Shown here: positions 57,238 through 64,000 of the stretch, in pieces
Position numbering within the stretch: position 1 is the first letter of the stretch
Layout of the letters: every line of letters starts with the position of its first letter
DNA from: Fibrobacteria bacterium
GTDB lineage: Bacteria > Fibrobacterota > Fibrobacteria > UBA11236
Length of the DNA stretch: 64,000 bases
NCBI GenBank assembly: GCA_043732185.1
Contig: JAYTHY010000087.1
Coordinates: forward strand, 1 to 64,000
Direction of reading: 5' to 3'
Program-made: the position numbers and the translations under genes
The notes under the pieces: model-generated
Databases searched by the model: none
What the model saw: the letters and a program-made list of their open reading frames with translations, nothing else
Told to the model about the DNA's origin: nothing

Positions 57238-58802
57238 CAAGTAATGGCAAGCGGCTGCTTTGGGTGGATGATGAAATTGAATTCCTCCGCGCGCATATCA
57301 TGTTCATGGAAGAGCATGGCTATGAAGTTGAAAAGGCCACCAATGGTGACGATGCCGTGGCGATGATCAAAAGCAAAGCCTACGACCTTGTCCTCCTTGA
57401 TGAACAGATGGCCGGCAAAGACGGACTCAGCACTCTTGAAGAAATCAAGGAATACGACAGCAGTATACCCGTGGTCATGGTTACCAAAAGCGAAGAAGAG
57501 CGCTTGATGGAAGCTGCCCTTGGCCGCAATATAAACGGCTACCTCACCAAACCCGTTAATCCATCGCAAATTCTTTCCGTCTGCAAGACCATATTGCATT
57601 CCCGGGCCATACGCAGCAATCATATCACCTCTTCCTACGTGCGGGAACTGGCGGAAAACAAATCGAACCTTATGACCAACCTTCAGCCCTCTAAATGGGA
57701 GAAGATTTATTTTTCCCTTTCCAAATGGGACAATGACTTGGCGATGGTTTCCGATCCTGGCCTGGAAGAAACCCACCAAGGTCAGAAAAAAGAAGTCGCC
57801 AAAAAGTTTATCGCCTATGTCGAAGACCACTACGTTTCCTGGTTCGGAAAAAAAGGTGGCAACCCCAATCTTTGTACGCAAACTTTGAAGCGAAAGGTTA
57901 TTCCCATTCTCAAGCGTGGTGATAAAGCCTGCCTTTTGGTAATGGCCGGATTTCGCATGGACCAATGGCTTGCCTTGCAGCCTTTGTTGGAAACCTATTT
58001 CAAAGTTGAAAATGCCATGTCCTGGTCAATGCTCCCCAGTGAGAAAACCAACTGCCGCGTAGCCCTTTTTTCCGGGCAGAGCCCGCGTGAGGTAAGCCTC
58101 AACCAACCCCAGCTTTGGAAACAAATGCAGGAGGAGGAACAAAAGACCCCATTTGAACGGGAGCTTCTTAAAATCAATCTCCGTATCAACGGCGCGGATG
58201 TAGAAGATCCGAAAATCGTCCATTTGCGTGGTCCAGAAGACAGCCAGAAATTAGCCGATGAGATTGACAACTACTCAGACGACAAACTCATCACCGTCGT
58301 CGTAGAATTTTTCGACATGCTCAATCAGCTTCGGCTGGAGAGCCCGTTGATGAAAGAAATTGTGGCGGACGAAAAGGGTTTTCGCGAACTTGCCAAAGTC
58401 TGGTTCAAATCATCCAAACTGTTTGAAATCCTTAAAATGTTTTCCGCGCGCAATCGCCATGTCGTGCTTACCAGCGATCACGGCACTGTTTTAGTAGATA
58501 CCCCAGCCGAAGTATTTTGCCAGGAAGAGAAAACGCCCAACCCCAGAGTAAAGATTGGGCGCGATATTTCCTGCGATGAACGGCATGCTATATTTGTCGA
58601 GACTCCAGTGCAATACGGACTTCCCGGTGAAGTGGGCGAATTGGCCTATGCCATTGCCAAGGACCATTACTATTTCGTCTACCCCAACAAATTCCAGTAC
58701 TTTGTAACGCAGTTCAAGGGTCAAATGGTTGGAGGCGGTCTGTCCATTGAAGAATTGCTGGTGCCTCTCGTTACTCTGTCGCCCAAGCCGGAGACCTTGT
58801 AG
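57234..58802 (+). CDS. porX: PorX-family response regulator (receiver plus PglZ-like domain)
   Basis: LWVDDEI, LLDEQM, TKSEEE, KPVNP, FRMDQW, TSDHG, YPN, SIEELLVP. Confidence 0.88.
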   Translation: MTSNGKRLLWVDDEIEFLRAHIMFMEEHGYEVEKATNGDDAVAMIKSKAYDLVLLDEQMAGKDGLSTLEEIKEYDSSIPVVMVTKSEEERLMEAALGRNINGYLTKPVNPSQILSVCKTILHSRAIRSNHITSSYVRELAENKSNLMTNLQPSKWEKIYFSLSKWDNDLAMVSDPGLEETHQGQKKEVAKKFIAYVEDHYVSWFGKKGGNPNLCTQTLKRKVIPILKRGDKACLLVMAGFRMDQWLALQPLLETYFKVENAMSWSMLPSEKTNCRVALFSGQSPREVSLNQPQLWKQMQEEEQKTPFERELLKINLRINGADVEDPKIVHLRGPEDSQKLADEIDNYSDDKLITVVVEFFDMLNQLRLESPLMKEIVADEKGFRELAKVWFKSSKLFEILKMFSARNRHVVLTSDHGTVLVDTPAEVFCQEEKTPNPRVKIGRDISCDERHAIFVETPVQYGLPGEVGELAYAIAKDHYYFVYPNKFQYFVTQFKGQMVGGGLSIEELLVPLVTLSPKPETL

Positions 58803-58803
58803 A

Positions 58804-59223
58804 CTGGGTATCGAAGAAATAATTTCCAACTCGGAAGCCGAGACTTTGGAATGGGCCATAACCTTTAGCCGACAACTCGTACCCGGCGACACAGTTGGCC
58901 TTGTCGGAAATTTAGGCGCAGGTAAAACTGTTATCTGTCGTGGAATCGCAACCGCGCTGGGCTTTACCGGAAATGTCCATTCCCCTTCTTATGCTTTAGT
59001 GCATGAATACCCCTGCAACATTCCAATCTTCCATATGGACCTGTACAGACTTTCACAACAATCGGATTGGGAGGAAATCGGACTCGACCATTATATTGAA
59101 TCGCAAGGAATTTGTCTGATAGAATGGCCCGAACGACTTCCAGGGTTTATCCAGCTAACTTACCGTATTGAAATAGCGGCGGTGGACGAGACGCGACGAA
59201 AAATCCGTATTATAAATCCATGA
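58804..59223 (+). CDS. tsaE: tRNA threonylcarbamoyladenosine biosynthesis ATPase TsaE
   Basis: GNLGAGKT, SPSY, HMDLYRL, IEWPE. Start is uncertain: CTG 58804, or track start 58729. Confidence 0.93.
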   Translation: MGIEEIISNSEAETLEWAITFSRQLVPGDTVGLVGNLGAGKTVICRGIATALGFTGNVHSPSYALVHEYPCNIPIFHMDLYRLSQQSDWEEIGLDHYIESQGICLIEWPERLPGFIQLTYRIEIAAVDETRRKIRIINP

Positions 59224-59241
59224 AGCCTAAAGAATAAATCT

Positions 59242-59673
59242 TCAAAATGTTTTGGATTTAACGGAATCCAACCAAAGGCTGTCTTCCAACGACAGAAGCT
59301 CTGGAAAAGGCAGGCTACCCAGATCCTGATTGATTCCCGTGGAATCACCTGCCGCGACCTTGGCTTTACACTTCTGGACTATTGCTGCTTGCATCTCGCG
59401 GATGTTTTCAACAGTATCGAGACGAGCATAGATGGTGCTATCATCGGCGGTAGTCAGGTATTGGGCGGATTTTAGGTCTTCATATACTTTTGCGGCCGCT
59501 TTAAGGTTTCTGGCTTTAAAGAGCACTTCTGCGTGTTGAAAACGGCTTAAGGAAGACCGTTTCTGATATTGATAGAACGCGGTAAAACCACCCACCACGG
59601 CGACAATTCCAATGCCCACAACCCAATCCCAGAAAGCGGATTGTTTGGTTTCCTCTTTTTCCAAAAAGCTCAT
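59242..59673 (-). CDS. Hypothetical membrane-anchored protein
   Basis: Single N-terminal TM followed by TPR-like helices. Confidence 0.65.
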   Translation of the reverse strand: MSFLEKEETKQSAFWDWVVGIGIVAVVGGFTAFYQYQKRSSLSRFQHAEVLFKARNLKAAAKVYEDLKSAQYLTTADDSTIYARLDTVENIREMQAAIVQKCKAKVAAGDSTGINQDLGSLPFPELLSLEDSLWLDSVKSKTF

Positions 59674-59728
59674 GCCGGGTCCCTTTCCCCTGCTTCTTCC
59701 CTAGTACGGGAAAACTCAGATCAACCCG

Positions 59729-60403
59729 TTAAAATAGTAAAAGGCGCCGCTGCCATCGTTTGAGTCGGGGATTTCGCCAGGACGTGAAGAATCGATACCC
59801 CAGAGAAACCCATGGGAAAGTAAATACTGTGCTGCCTGCAAAAACCAGGGCCTGTAAACCGGTGAAACCACCCGTGAGGCTTAATTTTATAGAACCTGGC
59901 TTTTCATTGAATGCATATTCTATCGGACAGGATAAGGGTGAGAACAATACCGAAAGTGAAGACCATACGGCCGCGATTTTGCCCAGGGAAAGCACATCCT
60001 CCATGCCAATATGCAGGAACTTCAATTGGAGATGCAGTAGTCGAAAGGTGCGACTCCCGGTTTTAGCGAGGTAACTTAATAGTATCCTCCACACTTTGGT
60101 ATCCAAGGCGAACTTTAAAAGCACCAGTCGTAAATGTTTTCGAAAAGATTTGACTCGAACTTGCCAACTTTCCGGCACTCCCACAAATCCGCTTTGCGAG
60201 ACGAGTGAATTTGGCATGCCTGTGGAAACTAGCTTGGCCTTTGCTGGTAACGAGAACGCCCAATGGATCCAATAAAACGAAACCCCAGCCGTAAAGACAA
60301 AACCCATTGGCGAACGATAGGCCATTGTCATTTTGAATTTAAGCGCATGCGCAAAAAAACAGCATGCAACAAAGAGGGCCAGGGCGAGGTAAACCCAAGT
60401 CAT
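59729..60403 (-). CDS. Hypothetical membrane protein
   Basis: Co-oriented and closely spaced after mlaC; hydrophobic termini. Confidence 0.6.
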   Translation of the reverse strand: MTWVYLALALFVACCFFAHALKFKMTMAYRSPMGFVFTAGVSFYWIHWAFSLPAKAKLVSTGMPNSLVSQSGFVGVPESWQVRVKSFRKHLRLVLLKFALDTKVWRILLSYLAKTGSRTFRLLHLQLKFLHIGMEDVLSLGKIAAVWSSLSVLFSPLSCPIEYAFNEKPGSIKLSLTGGFTGLQALVFAGSTVFTFPWVSLGYRFFTSWRNPRLKRWQRRLLLF

Positions 60404-60412
60404 AGCAACGCT

Positions 60413-61144
60413 TCAGGGCTTGGGAGCAGTAGGCTTTTTAGTCACCGTGGCAGCCTTGGGTGATGTGACACCTTTTTCCGACTTGGCCTTCATATTGTCG
60501 GCTGGTTTGCCTTCAGAAGCACCGGCGCCCTTTTTTTCAAGTTTGGCAATTAAGCCATTCATGTCGGAGGTTTGCAGGATTTTACGAAATTGCTCCCCGT
60601 AATTCCGAGAGGTGCTTAAGTCATCGATGACGAGGTCCCAAGCCTTCCAGGTGCTGTCATTAGACTGTAACTTATAAGTTACGATGGACTCGGTGCCTTT
60701 GGAGAAAACATGGCTGGTAACGTTGGCCTTGCCGGGTTGCAATTCGGGAGCGTCGTAAGTGGTGGAGTCGCTTTGATACACTTCAAGCTTTTTGACCGAT
60801 GCATTTTCGACCATGCTCTTAAAGGATTTTACAAAACGGGATTGCTGATCCGGCGTCATGGTTTTCCAGATTTCGGGGCCCAACGCGCGTTTGCCCAATT
60901 CCTCGAAATCAAATATTCCATTAATGAGAACCTTCAGACGATCGGTTTTTTTGGCCGACTCCTTGTCACGGAGCATTTTTTGCAATTCCGCATCTTTTTT
61001 CTTGATGATGGCAACGGGATCACCGGGAGCCGCAGAGGTTAACGCCACAAAAGCGAATCCGGTAAGTGTCATCAGAATTTTATATCTCGAACCGAACATG
61101 CAAACACTCCTTCTAAAAAAACCGGCCTTCGGCCCGTTTCCCAT
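60413..61144 (-). CDS. mlaC: MlaC/Ttg2D-family phospholipid-binding protein
   Basis: FDFEELGKRALG..W, WKAWDLVIDDLS..RNYGEQF; the real start is probably somewhat downstream. Confidence 0.85.
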   Translation of the reverse strand: MGNGPKAGFFRRSVCMFGSRYKILMTLTGFAFVALTSAAPGDPVAIIKKKDAELQKMLRDKESAKKTDRLKVLINGIFDFEELGKRALGPEIWKTMTPDQQSRFVKSFKSMVENASVKKLEVYQSDSTTYDAPELQPGKANVTSHVFSKGTESIVTYKLQSNDSTWKAWDLVIDDLSTSRNYGEQFRKILQTSDMNGLIAKLEKKGAGASEGKPADNMKAKSEKGVTSPKAATVTKKPTAPKP

Positions 61145-62655
61145 TATTTATGCATCACCTTGGATTGCAAACTATTAATATAGTCCGACAGAGTCCAACC
61201 CACGGATTTGATGACTTTGGCAACGGCCATGTTGTAATTCAAAATGGACTCGAAATAGTCCTTTTTGGCGGACAAAACCGATCGATATGGGCCGAGCAAA
61301 TCCTTGGCTGACCCGGGGTCGAGATCGTATTTCATAGCAGCAGCCTTGAGCCACGCTTCCGCAGCGCGCAAGGATTTTTGACTTTCCGTTACATTGTTAC
61401 GAAGATTGAGCATCTGAATGTATTCGTCCTGCATTTTAAGCAAAAGACCACGGGCCGCATAGGTTTCCGTTCGCTCCAGTTGGGTGAGTTCTATTCTTTC
61501 CTTGCGCACTTTTTCATAGCGCTGCCAGAAGTTGAGATTGAGACGGATACCCAGGCCCCCGACTGCGGTGATCTGATTTAAAGGATCGCGGGCAAAAGGA
61601 TTGCTACCACCTGATTGCCTATCCGTGGACCAAGCTTTGGTGTAATTGAAATTGCCGAATAAAAAGATATCCGGACCCATTTCACCCTTGGCCACGCGCA
61701 CCAGTTCTCGCCGGGCCGCAAGTCCATTGGTGAGACGTTTAAGGTCTGGATGATTGAGCAAAGTCAGCATTTTAAGGGTGTCCAGGGAAGGAAAAACTTC
61801 CGGTCGTAAAGTCAGAATGGTGTCCTTGGTCGCTACATGCCCAGAGTCGGAAATCTGGAGGATAAAGGTCATGCCAAGGCTTGCCCGCGCCATTCCTAGA
61901 GCCGCTTCGCCCTTGGCTTTTTCCAATGTAAACCGCCCGGCTTTTAATTCCAAAAGATCTGTCTGCTTTATGCTTTCGTCCCCATCGTCGAGCATCTGCT
62001 CCATTTTTCTTTGCGCTTTATCCAATTCATGGGAGGCTTCTTTTAGCACAGCGAGCATCGTGCTCGCATAAACACTGCTGTAATACAATTTCTGCGCCTC
62101 TTCGGAGACGTCCATCCGTTCCTTCTGAAACTCGGCTTCTGAAACCTGAATTTGAGCGTAGGAGGCCCGGTGACCGGCACGATACCTGGACATATTTAGA
62201 GGTTGTACGGCGGAAACTTCGATGCCGAAGAATGGGCCCCAATCCCCAAAGTCATAGTCTTTTTGGTACTGGCTGACGTAATGTTCGGTTCCGTCTGTTC
62301 CCAGAAAATGCAGGCTGGTGGTATCGAGAACATACCGCAGTCCAGGGGCCGGACCAACACCGGTTTGCACCATGAACTTGGGCAAAAGGCTGGACATTTC
62401 GAGCTCATGCATACTCTGCTGGGCCTTTTCGATATTCAGTTTTTTCTCTTCGAGTATGGGATTGATTTCCTGCGCGCGGCGTTCCATGGCGATACAATCG
62501 AGGAACAGGGGACTGGAAAATAAGGAATCCTGAATTTCCGATTTAACAACTGAGAGCCCGGCTTCCGCATTGACCGGGAATTGGGCGAGAGCAATGAATG
62601 CAATAAATACCATTGCAATAAGGGCGGAAACACGATAGTTAACGGTCATACACAT
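61144..62655 (-). CDS. TolC-family outer-membrane protein
   Basis: QEINP, LLPKF, VQPL, AQKLYY, HPDL, two-fold OEP repeat pattern. Confidence 0.82.
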   Translation of the reverse strand: MCMTVNYRVSALIAMVFIAFIALAQFPVNAEAGLSVVKSEIQDSLFSSPLFLDCIAMERRAQEINPILEEKKLNIEKAQQSMHELEMSSLLPKFMVQTGVGPAPGLRYVLDTTSLHFLGTDGTEHYVSQYQKDYDFGDWGPFFGIEVSAVQPLNMSRYRAGHRASYAQIQVSEAEFQKERMDVSEEAQKLYYSSVYASTMLAVLKEASHELDKAQRKMEQMLDDGDESIKQTDLLELKAGRFTLEKAKGEAALGMARASLGMTFILQISDSGHVATKDTILTLRPEVFPSLDTLKMLTLLNHPDLKRLTNGLAARRELVRVAKGEMGPDIFLFGNFNYTKAWSTDRQSGGSNPFARDPLNQITAVGGLGIRLNLNFWQRYEKVRKERIELTQLERTETYAARGLLLKMQDEYIQMLNLRNNVTESQKSLRAAEAWLKAAAMKYDLDPGSAKDLLGPYRSVLSAKKDYFESILNYNMAVAKVIKSVGWTLSDYINSLQSKVMHK

Positions 62656-62871
62656 TTTTTTCTTGAGCCAGGCAAGCCTGTATTTTCATTATTAGTTCGA
62701 ATCTGGTGACTATTTTGTATAAAATAATGGTTAGAAACGATGATTTTCGAATCTGGGACACTTTCGCCTCATTCGACCTCAAACCCTGTCGAAGGTTTTT
62801 CCCCCGGCAGCATCAGAAAATTATAATTATAACGCAGGTAGCGAGCCTTTGGGAGATGACCGGTAGGAAAT

Positions 62872-63939
62872 GTGAACACAAAAGAGATTGAACTGCCCTC
62901 TGAAATTTCCCCGGAATGGATTTCCAAGGGGAATGGCGACTTGCTTGCTGCCTCAAACGGACAGACCGTTAGGCTGAACTGTGGCCATCTTAAGCGGTTG
63001 GATTCCCTATCTTTAGCCTGGTTCGTACGCCTGCAAAGCAACCTGGAAAAATCGGGTGGCCAACTTGTTCTCGCCAACCTTTCAGAAGAGTTGCGCGGGG
63101 AATTGGCAAAGGTTTCCATGCCGGTACCAAGCCACCCGGAAGTTTTGCAGCGACTCAGATTAACTGAACAGGTTGGGGACGCTGCCTACAAACTCCTCGA
63201 ACAGATCAGGGACACGTTAGTCCTACTGTCCGAATCTCTTTACTGGTCTACGCTGGCAATTTTCCGGCCCAAAACGTTGCAACGGTCGGATATTGTCAAT
63301 CAGCTGGTTCGATTAGGCAGCAGCGCCTTACCCATTACTTTACTGCTTTCAGGATTGATTGGTTTCACCCTAGCTTTACAATCCGGCATCCAATTGCAAA
63401 AATTTGGCGCCACCATATTTCTGGCCAGTGGCATTGGTATCAGCATGGTTACGGAAATTGGTCCCGTTATGACAGCCGTCATAATGGCCGGTCGTTCTGG
63501 AAGTTCCATCACCGCCGAAATTTCCACCATGGTGGTGCAAGAGGAAGTAGGGGCCCTGCATGCCATGGCCATCAATCCCATCCACTATCTGGTCTTGCCA
63601 CGGTTCTGGGCCATGAGCCTGGCCATGCCGCTGCTAACGGTCTGCGCTTCCCTGGCAGGCATCTTCGCTGGACTTGCGGTGGGCATGCTCTTTTTCCGCC
63701 TGTCCCCGATAGCTTTCTTGTCGGAACTGAAGGGCGCGATAACCCTAAATATTATAGGACAAGCCTTAATCAAATCGCTAACATTTTCCTGGATCATCAC
63801 TTTGGTAGCCATAAATCGTGGGCTAAACGTGCGCGGGGGAGCGGATGCTGTGGGCAAAGCCACCACTTCCTGCGTGGTCACATGCATTTTTTCCATTATA
63901 CTTGCAGACGCCATTTTTTCTTTCATCTTTTACTATTAA
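62872..63939 (+). CDS. mlaE: MlaE-family ABC permease with an N-terminal STAS domain
   Basis: RLDSLSLA (STAS); EIGPVMTAVIMAGRSGS, YLVLPR, GGADAVGKATT. Confidence 0.93.
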   Translation: MNTKEIELPSEISPEWISKGNGDLLAASNGQTVRLNCGHLKRLDSLSLAWFVRLQSNLEKSGGQLVLANLSEELRGELAKVSMPVPSHPEVLQRLRLTEQVGDAAYKLLEQIRDTLVLLSESLYWSTLAIFRPKTLQRSDIVNQLVRLGSSALPITLLLSGLIGFTLALQSGIQLQKFGATIFLASGIGISMVTEIGPVMTAVIMAGRSGSSITAEISTMVVQEEVGALHAMAINPIHYLVLPRFWAMSLAMPLLTVCASLAGIFAGLAVGMLFFRLSPIAFLSELKGAITLNIIGQALIKSLTFSWIITLVAINRGLNVRGGADAVGKATTSCVVTCIFSIILADAIFSFIFYY

Positions 63940-63952
63940 GCATGAGGATAAC

Positions 63953-64000
63953 ATGATGGCAAATCCGCAAGGCGATGCAGAACCCAAGCTCAAGGTGGAA
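63953..64000 (+). CDS. Start of a probable MlaF ABC ATPase, truncated by the window edge
   Basis: GAGG RBS; MMANPQGDAEPKLKVE directly after mlaE. The identity is inferred from position only. Confidence 0.45.
   Translation, partial: MMANPQGDAEPKLKVE

Noticed and set aside
57147..57965. 272-aa minus-strand ORF
   Set aside because: Antisense shadow of the kinase and porX genes, with no motifs of its own.
57234..58802. BREX defence system suggested by the PglZ domain
   Set aside because: The domain is fused to a receiver in PorX architecture, and no brx or pglX genes are nearby.

Overview
This is a gene-dense chromosomal segment, most likely from a Fibrobacterota bacterium. That is an inference from a TIGR02147-family gene, a PorX-type regulator, and several secreted proteins with short basic C-terminal tails. 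Housekeeping genes (htpG, recQ, pyrE, aconitase, pfkA, rsmE, rnhB, purN, gndA, degP, serS, tsaE, mla) alternate with accessory blocks. The best candidate for an undescribed system is the + strand operon at 19.3-26.4 kb. It joins a diderm flavinylation module (DUF4266, DUF3570 barrel, TlpA, ApbE) to a three-heme lipoprotein cytochrome, CcdA, a secreted Ig-domain protein with a flavinylation-like motif, and homologues of the Gram-positive EetA/EetB pair, the second fused to an EcfT-like segment. Other notable items are three tandem paralogous outer-membrane proteins behind a DUF1080 hydrolase, an island of hydrolase/lipase-barrel fusions next to a roughly 225-nt palindromic element, a probably catalytically dead PorX, and a probably dead M64 peptidase. 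I saw no tRNA, rRNA, CRISPR array or transposase. All family calls come from motif recognition by eye; no searches were run.
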